From assembly GCA_019308995.1 (NCBI GenBank), contig JAFDHD010000009.1, positions 4,524 to 68,523 on the forward strand: a stretch of 64,000 nucleotides of DNA. Reading direction: 5' to 3'. Below the pieces are notes generated by a model. The model was not told the origin of the DNA. It made no database searches and worked only from the letters and a program-made list of their open reading frames with translations. How positions within the stretch are numbered: position 1 is the first letter of the stretch; each line of letters begins with the position of its first letter. This DNA is from Deltaproteobacteria bacterium (lineage in GTDB: Bacteria; Desulfobacterota; Desulfarculia; Adiutricales; JAFDHD01). The translations under genes were made by a program, and so were the position numbers. Positions 36,689 to 46,093 of the stretch are shown here, piece by piece.

Positions 36689-38443
36689 TCAGGTTCGCCT
36701 GAACTTTTTCTCAAGTTCCTTAAGCTCAACAAGATAAATGAGGGGCCGTCCATGGGGGCAGTGCGTGCGAACTTTTGTCCGGCCCAAATCGGCCAGAAGC
36801 TGATCCATTTCCTCAAGCGTCAGATCGTCACCGGCCTTGACGGCGCTGTGACAGGTAACGGTCTGCATCAAGGCCTCTTCGATCCGGGCCAGGCCCGCCT
36901 CGGGGCGCAAGCTGTCCACCTCATCAATGATCTCACCCATGACTTTATTCGGGTCCTTACCCGCCAATACCGCTGGCACGGCCCTGAGGACAAAGGTTTG
37001 GCCGCCAAAAGGTTCGATATCAAAACCAAAGCGGGCCAGATCCTGAAGCAAGCCTTGAAGCCCCACGGCCTGGGTCGGCGAAACCTCGAAGGTGACGGGC
37101 ATGAGCAGCTGTTGGCTCGCCAGATCACCGCCGGCTATTTCAGCTTCCAGACGTTCAAAAAGAACGCGCTCATGGGCTGCATGTTGATCAATAATGTATA
37201 GCCCGTCCGGTCCCTGCGCCAGGATATAGGTGTTGTGAAGCACGCCTATGGCCCGCAGCCCCTGTCTTTCCGCTTCCATGGTCAGGTCCTGGTCCAGGGC
37301 CGGCTGCGGAGGCCTTGGAAGTCCTGTCTGCCAGGTCTTCCGGTCAGCGCCTTCCTTCCAGGCCAAGGCTTCGGCCACGGCTGGCTGAACAAACGATGAG
37401 CCCGCCTTTGCATAATCCAGAGGCAGGGAGGCTGCTGGAGCCGACAGCGGACGATGATCTTTACCCAGGGCCTGCGACATGATGTCCACGGCCGCCTTCA
37501 TGACCTCTCCCGGCTGGCGGAAGCGCACTTGAGCCTTGGCCGGATGAACATTGATATCCACGGCCTCAGGGTCGAGCTTCAGGAAGATAATGGCCACGGG
37601 ATATCGGCCGCTCATGAGCCGGCCGTGATAGGCTTCCATGATGGCCCTCATCAGGAGACGATCCATGACCGGACGGCCGTTGACATAGATATAGATAGCG
37701 CTGGCCCGGCTGCGGTCCATCTCGGGCCGGCCGAGGAACCCGGAAAGGGTAATGTCGGTCATCACGCCTTTAAAGGGGAAAAGCTTTTTAGCCACCTCCC
37801 GGCCCAAGACACGGGCCACCCTGGCCAAGGGCTCCTCACTCGGGCTGGTGGCCACCACCTCCTGCGAGTTGTGCCTGTATATGAGCCGGAGCTCCGGGCG
37901 GCCAAGGGCGTAACGCTGGACCATTTCGGCCAGGTGAGCGGCCTCGGTCTGAGCGCTCTTTAAAAATTTTCGCCTGGCCGGGACGTTGAAGAACAAATCC
38001 CGCACTTCGACCGTGGTTCCCCGGCTCCGGGAGGCCTCCTCAACCGCAAGCACCTTTCCCCCGGAGAGGCGGATACGTCGGCCAGCTCCATTAGTATTGG
38101 CGGCCGAAGTCAGAGTCAGACGGGAAACAGCGCCGATACTAGGCAGCGCCTCGCCGCGAAAACCCAGGGTCTTAATGCGGAGCAGATCGGAGTCTTCGGA
38201 AAGCTTGCTGGTAGCGTGCCTTTCCACGGCCAACAGCAAATCATCCGGGGCCATGCCAGCACCGTCATCCAAGACCATGATTAGGCGGCGACCGCCAGCC
38301 TGGGCCTCTATCTCGATGCGCCCTGCCTCCGCGTCCAGGCTGTTCTCAAGCAGCTCCTTCAGCACCGAGGCCGGCCGCTCGATCACCTCGCCCGCAGCGA
38401 TACGGTTGATAAGCTGTTCAGACAGCAGTCTTACGGAGGCCAA
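36689..38443 (-). CDS. mutL: DNA mismatch repair protein MutL
   Basis: LINRIAAGEVIERPASVLKELLENSLDA (GHKL ATPase) with a TTG start, in the conserved mutL-miaA order. Confidence 0.9.
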   Translation of the reverse strand: MASVRLLSEQLINRIAAGEVIERPASVLKELLENSLDAEAGRIEIEAQAGGRRLIMVLDDGAGMAPDDLLLAVERHATSKLSEDSDLLRIKTLGFRGEALPSIGAVSRLTLTSAANTNGAGRRIRLSGGKVLAVEEASRSRGTTVEVRDLFFNVPARRKFLKSAQTEAAHLAEMVQRYALGRPELRLIYRHNSQEVVATSPSEEPLARVARVLGREVAKKLFPFKGVMTDITLSGFLGRPEMDRSRASAIYIYVNGRPVMDRLLMRAIMEAYHGRLMSGRYPVAIIFLKLDPEAVDINVHPAKAQVRFRQPGEVMKAAVDIMSQALGKDHRPLSAPAASLPLDYAKAGSSFVQPAVAEALAWKEGADRKTWQTGLPRPPQPALDQDLTMEAERQGLRAIGVLHNTYILAQGPDGLYIIDQHAAHERVLFERLEAEIAGGDLASQQLLMPVTFEVSPTQAVGLQGLLQDLARFGFDIEPFGGQTFVLRAVPAVLAGKDPNKVMGEIIDEVDSLRPEAGLARIEEALMQTVTCHSAVKAGDDLTLEEMDQLLADLGRTKVRTHCPHGRPLIYLVELKELEKKFRRT

Positions 38444-38789
38444 GACCCAGCACCTGTTTAAAGAATTCTCTGACTAAATGAACCGTTGCCTCGTGTCCGG
38501 CTATGTCTGAGCCTGAAAGGGACAGATGGCCAGCCATCTAGCTGCCATCATTACTGATTCAACGAAAGCCGGACAGGTTTCAGATTGAGTATACCACAGG
38601 TGGCAAAAGCTTGCCAAGATCGGGAGGAGACAATATAATGAGGCCGCAAGAAGTGCCTTAACGGGTTCTTTTTGGCCGGAGGAGGAGGCCGGCGGCGGGT
38701 CTGAAGTGGTTTTTTGCCTTCTTCCACTTGACCCTGACCTGGCCTCTTTTCCGGCGGACGCTCATCAAGAAGGTTCAGGAGGGACATCC

Positions 38790-38951
38790 GTGACTAAGAA
38801 GGAGGAGTTGATCCTCAAGGCTACCAAGGAAATCGTTGTTAAATTCATCGAGACCGGCCGCATCTATCCCAGTTCATTTGAAGAACACTACGACCTGGTT
38901 AATCGGGTCGTCCGGAATTCCATCAAGGTTGGGGAGCCGGAGCAGGGCTAG
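38790..38951 (+). CDS. small hypothetical protein (53 aa)
   Basis: GTG start with the SD CAGGAGGGA about 5 nt upstream. No family is recognised. The longer ORF-track version (38706) has no SD. Confidence 0.35.
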   Translation: MTKKEELILKATKEIVVKFIETGRIYPSSFEEHYDLVNRVVRNSIKVGEPEQG

Positions 38952-38958
38952 GTCTTTC

Positions 38959-39723
38959 CTAATATCTCACTTCACGCAAACAAAGCCCGTGGGCCGGGGC
39001 GGTCATTCCAGCCAGGGAGCGGTCTTTGGCCTTGAGGATCCTCTCGAACCCTTCCGGGCTGACCTGACCTCGACCGACTTCCACCAAGGTTCCGACAATG
39101 GCCCTGACCATATGACGCAAAAATCCGTCTCCTTCCAATGTAATCCGCACCAAACCGTCCGGTCTTGAAGAAAGACCGGCCGTAAATATTCGGCGCTTGG
39201 CAGACCCGGTTGAACTGCCTGTGGATTGAAAACTGGTAAAGTCATGCTCCCCTCGCAGGGACTCGAGGGCCTGAGACATGGCCCCAAGGTCAAGTCCTGA
39301 AGGGATGTGCCAGCTATAGAGCCGGTTCAGTGTTGAACGAACCGGGGCGATATAGAGATCATAGTCGTAAATCTTGCTTCGGGCTTGATAGCGGGCGTGA
39401 AAATCAGGCGGCGCTTCTTCCAGGGAAAGCACGGCGATCTGGCGCGGCAGCAAGGCATTGGCGCCCCGGAGGAGTTCCCTCCGGCCTAAACGGGATCTTG
39501 TTTTGAAGTGAGCCACCTGGCCTCGAGCGTGCACACCGGCGTCCGTCCGTCCGGCGCCGATTACAGCCGCCTTTTCATTGGTCAGCCTGGAAAAGGCGAG
39601 CTCGATATAACCCTGGATGCTGGGCTGGTCCTTCTGGCGCTGCCACCCGGCCAGGCCGGTCCCATCATACTCCATTACCAGTTTATAACTGCGTTCCGAA
39701 CCGGCCTTAAGCTCAGCGCCCAT
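38959..39723 (-). CDS. truA: tRNA pseudouridine(38-40) synthase
   Basis: YDGTGLAGWQRQ and GAGRTDAGVHA catalytic Asp motif. Confidence 0.9.
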   Translation of the reverse strand: MGAELKAGSERSYKLVMEYDGTGLAGWQRQKDQPSIQGYIELAFSRLTNEKAAVIGAGRTDAGVHARGQVAHFKTRSRLGRRELLRGANALLPRQIAVLSLEEAPPDFHARYQARSKIYDYDLYIAPVRSTLNRLYSWHIPSGLDLGAMSQALESLRGEHDFTSFQSTGSSTGSAKRRIFTAGLSSRPDGLVRITLEGDGFLRHMVRAIVGTLVEVGRGQVSPEGFERILKAKDRSLAGMTAPAHGLCLREVRY

Positions 39724-39739
39724 AACCTCACCCGCTTTG

Positions 39740-40789
39740 TTAAGGTCTGAGGCCTAGCTCCAACAAGCCTGTTTCCTCAGCCAGACCCAGCATCAGGTTC
39801 ATGTTGCAGACTGCCTGACCCGAGGCGCCTCGCGTCAGGTTGTCAATGACTGAAACCACCTTGACCCGCCCGGTTCTCTGGTCAACAAAAGCGCTCAGGT
39901 CGCAGAAATTGGTGCCACGAACATCCAGGGTGTGCGGCAGGTCCCCGGCTTTCCGAACCCGAACAAAGATCTCATCCCTGTAGTACTCGGTTATGACAGC
40001 CGAAAGCTCTTCATCGGTCTGGTCTTTGGTCAAGGCAGCATAAACCGTGCTCAGGATTCCCCGCGACAGAGGCACCAGGTGAGGGGTGAAACTGACGATC
40101 AGGGGACGCCCGGCCAGCAGGCCAAGCTCCTGTTCAATCTCCGGAGTGTGACGATGCCCCGTGACCTTATAGGCCATTAATCCGTCATCAATCTCACAAT
40201 ACTGGGTCGTCATGTTCAGCCCCCGCCCGGCCCCGCTGACACCGGACTTTGAGTCGGCGATGATCCCCTCCGCTTCGATGAGGCCGTTCTTCAAAAGCGG
40301 CGCCAGGGCCAGGATGACGCCGGTGGGATAACACCCGGGATTCCCCACCAGACGGGCGGTTCTGATCCGGTCCCGGTGAAGCTCTGGCAGCCCGTAAACC
40401 GATTCGGACAGGAGCTCCGGGGCCAGATGCCGCTCATACCATTCCTCATAAACCGAGGCGTCCTTGAAGCGAAAGTCGGCCGAAAGGTCCACCACCTTCC
40501 CGCCCCCTTGCAGCAAGGACGGCACAATCTCCATGGCGGTTCGGTGCGGAACGGCGGTAAAGAAAAAGTCGGCCCGGGCCTTCAGAGCCTGAGCTTCCGG
40601 GGGTTCAAAAATTAAATTGTCCAGCCCCCCGAGGCGCCCGGCCAGGGAGGGGAAGACGTCTGAAACCCTTTGGCCGGTCAGCTTTCGAGAGGTGACGGCC
40701 ACGATTTCGGCTTCAGGGTGGACGGCCAGAAGCCTGAGCAGTTCAAGGCCGGTGTAGCCGCTGGCTCCAACAAGTGCCACCTTTACCAT
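39740..40789 (-). CDS. argC: N-acetyl-gamma-glutamyl-phosphate reductase
   Basis: [12 protein letters not shown]-terminus and GNPGCYPT active-site Cys motif. Confidence 0.9.
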   Translation of the reverse strand: MVKVALVGASGYTGLELLRLLAVHPEAEIVAVTSRKLTGQRVSDVFPSLAGRLGGLDNLIFEPPEAQALKARADFFFTAVPHRTAMEIVPSLLQGGGKVVDLSADFRFKDASVYEEWYERHLAPELLSESVYGLPELHRDRIRTARLVGNPGCYPTGVILALAPLLKNGLIEAEGIIADSKSGVSGAGRGLNMTTQYCEIDDGLMAYKVTGHRHTPEIEQELGLLAGRPLIVSFTPHLVPLSRGILSTVYAALTKDQTDEELSAVITEYYRDEIFVRVRKAGDLPHTLDVRGTNFCDLSAFVDQRTGRVKVVSVIDNLTRGASGQAVCNMNLMLGLAEETGLLELGLRP

Positions 40790-40800
40790 GATGCACCTCT

Positions 40801-40830
40801 AAAAAAAAGGAAGGTCGGCAGCGACCTTCC
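40801..40830 (-). terminator. canonical intrinsic terminator after rpsI
   Basis: On the minus strand: GGAAGGTCG-CTGC-CGACCTTCC (a perfect 9-bp stem) followed by TTTTTTTT. Confidence 0.8.
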
Positions 40831-40855
40831 CTCAAGATGTTTCAACTTCCGACGC

Positions 40856-41251
40856 TTAGCGTTTCGAATACTGGTACCGGGCGCGCGCACCTCGCTGACC
40901 ATACTTTTTTCGTTCCTTCTTCCTGGCGTCCCGGGTCAAGAATCCAGCCTTTTTAAGGATCGTTCTGAATTCCGGATTGTACTCCAAAAGGGCCTTGGTA
41001 ATGCCATGCTTGATGGCGCCGGCCTGCCCGGAGATTCCCCCACCATGGGTAAGGATATAAAAATCAAACTGACCCCTGGTCCTGGTCAGGGCGAGGGGCT
41101 GGTTGATAATGGCCTTGAGCGTTTCCCGGGGAAGGTAGTCATCTAGGTCCCGCTTGTTTATCTGAAACTTTCCCTCGCCCGGCGACATCCAAACGCGGGC
41201 CACCGAGGTTTTGCGCTTGCCAGTAGCATAGTAACGGTCCTGGGCCGTCAT
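40856..41251 (-). CDS. rpsI: 30S ribosomal protein S9
   Basis: [15 protein letters not shown]-terminal region and a C-terminal ...QYSKR. Confidence 0.95.
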   Translation of the reverse strand: MTAQDRYYATGKRKTSVARVWMSPGEGKFQINKRDLDDYLPRETLKAIINQPLALTRTRGQFDFYILTHGGGISGQAGAIKHGITKALLEYNPEFRTILKKAGFLTRDARKKERKKYGQRGARARYQYSKR

Positions 41252-41263
41252 AGACTCGTTCTC

Positions 41264-41695
41264 CTAAATCTCCAGAGACTCAGGCTGTTGGGCCTGATGC
41301 GGGTGATCCGGCCCGGCGTAAACCTTTAGTTTCTTGAACTGACGCCGGCCCAGACTGTTCTTAGGCAGCATGCCCTTGATCGCATGCCGCAGGAGTTCCT
41401 CTGGTTTTTTTTCCAACTGTTTACGGGCCGATATTTGCTTCAGGCCGCCTATATAGCCGGAGTAACGGTAATACATTTTCTGGTCCAGCTTACCCCCGGT
41501 CAGACGAACCTTTTCTGCATTGACAACGATAACGAAGTCACCGGTGTCCGCATGGGGAGTAAAGACAGGTTTGTGTTTACCTCGAAGGCGTTTGGCAATT
41601 TCGGCGGCCAGGCGGCCAAGGACTTTGCCATCAGCATCAACCACGTACCATTTCTTTTCTGTTTCCGTTTCCTTAGCCACAAAAGTACGGCTCAT
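41264..41695 (-). CDS. rplM: 50S ribosomal protein L13
   Basis: [17 protein letters not shown] motif, upstream of rpsI. Confidence 0.95.
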   Translation of the reverse strand: MSRTFVAKETETEKKWYVVDADGKVLGRLAAEIAKRLRGKHKPVFTPHADTGDFVIVVNAEKVRLTGGKLDQKMYYRYSGYIGGLKQISARKQLEKKPEELLRHAIKGMLPKNSLGRRQFKKLKVYAGPDHPHQAQQPESLEI

Positions 41696-41735
41696 GACAG
41701 GGGTTCATCCCTTCCAAGACAAAATCAAAAAAGTA

Positions 41736-41764
41736 TATATATCCTTTTCCGGATGTTTTGTCAA
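41736..41764 (-). promoter_or_regulatory. candidate sigma70 promoter of rplM-rpsI
   Basis: TTGACA-N17-TATATA on the minus strand, about 40 nt upstream of the rplM start. Confidence 0.5.
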
Positions 41765-42009
41765 AATTTTTTTATCAGGTGTGTTAGCAATATTAAAATG
41801 TCCCCTTTATGGGAGACAGGATAATCATGAGTCAGAAGGAGCTTCAGCCGTCTTACTCTGTTTCAGTCTTGTAGTCACTTAAAATTTTTTGTACCTTATT
41901 CATGTCGGTGAAGCATTTAACATGGGAAGAAGACGCCAGGAAAGAGGAACCTGAAAGCAGGCGCCTTTGAAACATAAAAAGGACACGGTCAAACCACGAG
42001 GAGGCCAGT

Positions 42010-43272
42010 ATGAGAGGCTTTATCAACCCCCGCTATCCCATGAGCAATCGAAACATGAAGTGCGATCAGACCTGGGGAGGGGCCAGCCCGCGCCTCCGGC
42101 CGGGGGCCTGGTACCCCTATGCCCTGCTGCCGCGGGTGCTTCCGGAACGATCAGGTTACGTGGGGACCAGCAGGGTGGATGACAGCATCGTAAAAATAGA
42201 CCGGGTGGAGGCGGCCCGGGCCACAGGCTCTCCCCTTGGCTTTCTGCTTGACCCGCCTGAGTACCGGTGTTTAGCAGGGGACTGGCGAAAAAGGGTGGCC
42301 GAGATACTTGAGGCCATGACTTCCGATGACCCGCATCCCCTGCACCGGGGCATGAAAAACATCGCGCCCGGAGACGGCTTTAAAAGACATATGGCCGCCG
42401 CCGGTGACGGCGAGGTCAGTCAAAAAAAAATCGAGATGGACCCAATCGTTTTTTCGAGGGCGGTCAAGCAGTTTGCCTATGATTTGGGCGCGGAGGCGGT
42501 GGGGATTACCAGGCTGAACCGAAACTGGGTTTACCAGGAGGACGGGAAAGACCCGCTTCCAGGGGAGTATACCCATGTGATCGTCTTCGGACTCCGGCAT
42601 CCTCACTGGCGCATCAGCCATTCCCCTTCTTACACCTCGGACCTGGGAAGCTGGGTGGCGTATCACCGCGCTTCCTTTATCGCGGTCGAGATGGCCGACT
42701 GGATCAGGGGACTGGGTTATCCGGCCAGAGCGAATTCCATGCTTACGGGTTACGACGTCATGCTGCCGCCGCATGAGATTGAGGCTGGTCTGGGGGAACA
42801 ATGCCGCATTGGCGTGACCCTTCACCCGGTCCTCGGGCCGGCCTTTAAGTCAGGGGCGGTGGTCACCGCCCTGCCGCTTCAGACGGACAGGCCGATTGAA
42901 TTCAATCTGGAGTCTTTTTGTGAGAAGTGCCAGAAGTGCGCCCGGGAATGTCCGCCTCATGCCATCGCGGAAGGTCGAAGGGAAAAGATCAATACCCGGG
43001 GTGCGGTCAAATGGCAGCCGGATACATTAAAATGTATCTCTTACTGGCATTTAAGCAACCGCTATCATTTCCCCGGGGCGCACGATGCCTGCGCCCGGTG
43101 CATCTATGTCTGTCCCTGGACCAAGCACAACTCGGAGAAATGGAATCACAGGCTGGTGGTGGCCGCGTTCACTCTTTTCCCCTGGCTGCAAAAATTCGCC
43201 ATCAGGATGGATGACGCGGCCGGTTATGGCAAAAAGGCCGCGCCTGACCCGTCCTGGGAAAGGTGGTTTTAG
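42010..43272 (+). CDS. reductive-dehalogenase-like / QueG-like 4Fe-4S protein (start uncertain)
   Basis: Two ferredoxin-type cluster motifs near the C-terminus (FCEKCQKCARECPPHAI and ACARCIYVCPW), preceded by ...FAYDLGAEAVGITRLNRNWVY, which is typical of RdhA/QueG-family proteins. No twin-arginine signal is visible. Confidence 0.55.
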   Translation: MRGFINPRYPMSNRNMKCDQTWGGASPRLRPGAWYPYALLPRVLPERSGYVGTSRVDDSIVKIDRVEAARATGSPLGFLLDPPEYRCLAGDWRKRVAEILEAMTSDDPHPLHRGMKNIAPGDGFKRHMAAAGDGEVSQKKIEMDPIVFSRAVKQFAYDLGAEAVGITRLNRNWVYQEDGKDPLPGEYTHVIVFGLRHPHWRISHSPSYTSDLGSWVAYHRASFIAVEMADWIRGLGYPARANSMLTGYDVMLPPHEIEAGLGEQCRIGVTLHPVLGPAFKSGAVVTALPLQTDRPIEFNLESFCEKCQKCARECPPHAIAEGRREKINTRGAVKWQPDTLKCISYWHLSNRYHFPGAHDACARCIYVCPWTKHNSEKWNHRLVVAAFTLFPWLQKFAIRMDDAAGYGKKAAPDPSWERWF

Positions 43273-43309
43273 CAGCGATCAGGTGATCGTATTAGCGCTG
43301 TCAACCTTT

Positions 43310-44080
43310 TTAGGACAGCCTGAGAGGCATGCTTTTTTTATGAATTTGTATGCCGATGAAATAGAAGCCCACGGTGAAGGCCAGCAAAACGGACAGACCA
43401 AATGGAACCGGAAAATATCCATCCCCCAGAAGCGCATGCCGCGCCAGATCGCAGGAGTAGGTCAGCGGGGAGAAGGCCGAGATCGCCTTGCCCCAGGATG
43501 GCAGGCGTTCAATAGGAATGAAGACCCCGCTGATGAACAGGAGAGGCAGCCTGACCAGATTTGAGACCAGCATGATGTTGGAAGGGTTATCCGTGGGCAA
43601 GGTGGAGAGCAGGCTGCCCAGGGCCGCGAAGCAAAAAGCAGAAATAATAATATCGGCCGCCAGGATGAGCGGGCTGATTATGCTCGCGCCCAGGATGAGG
43701 ACGCCGATAAACAGCGCCACCAGGGTAATAAACAGCCCGTATAAAAACCCGGCCAAGATGTCTCCCGAGATAATGGCTGCGATGGAGGCCGGGGTTGAGA
43801 TCAAGCGTTCCAGTGTCATGCGGGCGGTTTCCCAGGGGGCGATACCAGGGGTGGAGGACGAGGCGGTGAAAATGAGGGTCATACCGATGAGACCGGGCAG
43901 AAGGATGTCCGCGGAAATATTTCTTCCGATGATAAACGCACTGAAGATGAAGATAGGGAAAACGATACCGAAAATCAGAACAGGCGGTTTGAGGTAATAG
44001 ATTCGCGCGTCTTTGGCGGCAATGGCCAAGGCAGAATTTAGCTGCCACCTTATCCGGGTCCCAAAACCAACAGCCTGCAT
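43310..44080 (-). CDS. ABC-2 type exporter permease
   Basis: About six hydrophobic helices, 256 aa, directly downstream of the ATPase. Confidence 0.7.
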   Translation of the reverse strand: MQAVGFGTRIRWQLNSALAIAAKDARIYYLKPPVLIFGIVFPIFIFSAFIIGRNISADILLPGLIGMTLIFTASSSTPGIAPWETARMTLERLISTPASIAAIISGDILAGFLYGLFITLVALFIGVLILGASIISPLILAADIIISAFCFAALGSLLSTLPTDNPSNIMLVSNLVRLPLLFISGVFIPIERLPSWGKAISAFSPLTYSCDLARHALLGDGYFPVPFGLSVLLAFTVGFYFIGIQIHKKSMPLRLS

Positions 44081-44092
44081 GCCCCCCCTCCT

Positions 44093-45016
44093 TTAGCTAT
44101 CCGTAAGATAGACGAAAACGTCCTCCAGGCTCGGCCCCCGGGTGTTCAAAGCCAGGACCTTGAGCTGATTCATCTCCGCGTATTTGGCGAGCTGACAGGC
44201 TACATCGCCCGGTCTGTTCGTATAAAGCCTGATCTTATCCCCTTCTTTTCTAACCTCGCTGATGTCACCCAGGGCCTTTAGAGGCTTAAGATCGTCTATG
44301 ACGTTGTTAAAAGCGATCTCCACGGACTGGGCGCTGTCTATGGCGTTTCTGAGGTTGGAGGGCCGATCAATGGCAACGATTTCACCGTTATTGATGATGG
44401 CCACCCGCTCGCACATAAGGTTGGCCTCCTCAATGTTGTGTGTCGTTAAAAAGACAGTGGCGCCGTTTTGGTTCAATTCCATGATAAGGTTTCTAATGAG
44501 CCGCGTGCTCTGGACGTCAAGGCCGGCCGTGGGTTCGTCCAGAAAGAGAAGCTGCGGCTCGTTCATCAGGGCCGCGGCCAGGGTGAGCCGTTGTTTCATG
44601 CCCTTGGAAAAGACCTTTGTCTTGAGGTCTTTTTTATCCAGCAGTCCGAAGAGGTCGAGCAGCTCACGGGCTTTTTGCTTTCTCTTCCTTTTTTTCACCT
44701 GATAGAGCCGCCCCATGAGCATCAGGTTTTCCCAGGCCGACAGGTCAATATAGGTGTTTGACATCTCCGGGACGACACCCATTATCATTTTGGCCGCGGT
44801 GGGATGCTTTGACAAATTGTAGCCCATGATTTCAATCGTGCCGCCGCTTGGTCGTAAAATACCGGTCAGCATCCTCTGCGTGGTTGTCTTCCCGGCGCCG
44901 TTCGGCCCGAGGAACCCGAAGATTTCACCCTCTTTGACTTCAAAGCTGATGCTGTTTACGGCCACAAAATTACCAAAGGATTTGCTTAAAGAGGAGACCT
45001 TGATCGCAGCTTCCAT
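44093..45016 (-). CDS. ABC transporter ATP-binding protein (DrrA/CcmA-like)
   Basis: Walker A GPNGAGKTT, signature FSKGMKQRL, Walker B LLFLDEPT. Confidence 0.85.
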   Translation of the reverse strand: MEAAIKVSSLSKSFGNFVAVNSISFEVKEGEIFGFLGPNGAGKTTTQRMLTGILRPSGGTIEIMGYNLSKHPTAAKMIMGVVPEMSNTYIDLSAWENLMLMGRLYQVKKRKRKQKARELLDLFGLLDKKDLKTKVFSKGMKQRLTLAAALMNEPQLLFLDEPTAGLDVQSTRLIRNLIMELNQNGATVFLTTHNIEEANLMCERVAIINNGEIVAIDRPSNLRNAIDSAQSVEIAFNNVIDDLKPLKALGDISEVRKEGDKIRLYTNRPGDVACQLAKYAEMNQLKVLALNTRGPSLEDVFVYLTDS

Positions 45017-45024
45017 AAGAACAC

Positions 45025-45435
45025 CTAAACCTGTTTATTGCTCGGATCTGGACACACCTCAGGCTTGATATCCAGAATGGGCGTTTTATCCAGCATGTCC
45101 AGCCCCTTGACGTGGATGACATTACCGTTAGTTTTAAGAACTTCCAGAAGCGACAGCCCGATAGGGTTGGGCCGGAACGGCGAATGGGTGCTGAAAACTC
45201 CCATCTCCCTGTCACGGATCGGGGGCCTGATCCTCATGAACCGTGAAGTGAACTTGGGGCTTTGATGGAAATGGAAAATAACATAGATGCGCTGACCGGC
45301 CTCGATTTCTCTGAGTCCGTCCAGAAAGGCTTCATCAATGACTAATTTCCCCTCCACATCCGATACGTTGTAGTTACGGGGCATATTTTTTGCGTCAGTG
45401 GATACGAAACCGATCGGTTCCATTTCGATGCCCAT
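45025..45435 (-). CDS. TsaA/TrmO (YaeB)-like domain protein
   Basis: PIGFVST...FSTHSPFRPNPIGLSLLEV...GLDMLDKTPILDIKP matches the TrmO/YaeB beta-barrel family. An alternative start lies at 45423. Confidence 0.7.
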   Translation of the reverse strand: MGIEMEPIGFVSTDAKNMPRNYNVSDVEGKLVIDEAFLDGLREIEAGQRIYVIFHFHQSPKFTSRFMRIRPPIRDREMGVFSTHSPFRPNPIGLSLLEVLKTNGNVIHVKGLDMLDKTPILDIKPEVCPDPSNKQV

Positions 45436-45530
45436 GTCTCTTCCTTTTTTTCCACCCTGCTTTCCAGGCTTAACTTGCTGGAATGAAAGGGATTTTTATG
45501 AATGGCAAGTATTAGCGCCTGATTTAGGAC

Positions 45531-45674
45531 TTAAGGTTCTTTCGGCGTTTCTTCCTTCAGACAGGGATGGTCTTTTACATCTATGTCTCCATGACACTCC
45601 CTGATCTGCTCCGGAGTACAATCTTCCGGCTTTCCTTCCAGCTTATCCGGATGTTCACAGTTACCCTGGCACAT
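45531..45674 (-). CDS. unannotated 47-aa Cys/His-rich micro-protein (putative metal-binding)
   Basis: MCQGNCEHPDKLEGKPEDCTPEQIRECHGDIDVKDHPCLKEETPKEP has 5 Cys and 3 His. The SD AAGGAGGA lies 8 nt upstream of the ATG. The start overlaps the arsR 3' end by 14 nt. It is absent from the ORF track, where the shortest listed ORF is 60 aa. Confidence 0.55.
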   Translation of the reverse strand: MCQGNCEHPDKLEGKPEDCTPEQIRECHGDIDVKDHPCLKEETPKEP

Positions 45675-46059
45675 CTGTCCGTTCCTCCTTTTTCTCAAGT
45701 TTGTTTTCTATGGAAACCACCTTGAATTCCTGGCATTCAGAGCAAGGCGCCTCCTTTGAAGAAGCGATAAAGCAGCAGCCTTGAGCAGATGGCTCCTGCT
45801 CGGACATCTTCATGATATCATTAGCGATTTGATGCAGGACGGCCCTATCAACAGCATAATGGGTCCAGTATCCCCGTTTTTCTCCCTTAACCAGGCCCGC
45901 CTTCCTCAACACCTGTAAGTGCTGTGAAACCGCGGCCTTGGAAATTCCGAGTTGGCCGGCCAGAGCGCCCACGCACAGATCGTGGGTCAGGAGCAGATTG
46001 AGCATCTTGAATCGGGTCCCATCTGCCAATCCCTTTATTATTTTTACAAAATCGTTCAC
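45661..46059 (-). CDS. ArsR/SmtB-family metal-responsive transcriptional repressor
   Basis: Winged HTH (LCVGALAGQLGISKAAVSQHLQVLRKAGLV) with a Cys-rich C-terminal tail (QGCCF...PCSECQ). I chose the GTG at 46059 (AGGA SD) because the ORF-track extension to 46122 overlaps the entire promoter. Confidence 0.8.
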   Translation of the reverse strand: MNDFVKIIKGLADGTRFKMLNLLLTHDLCVGALAGQLGISKAAVSQHLQVLRKAGLVKGEKRGYWTHYAVDRAVLHQIANDIMKMSEQEPSAQGCCFIASSKEAPCSECQEFKVVSIENKLEKKEERTDVPG

Positions 46060-46093
46060 GTCAGTCCTGTTGTTTAAGCCTTGGCTAAAACAA

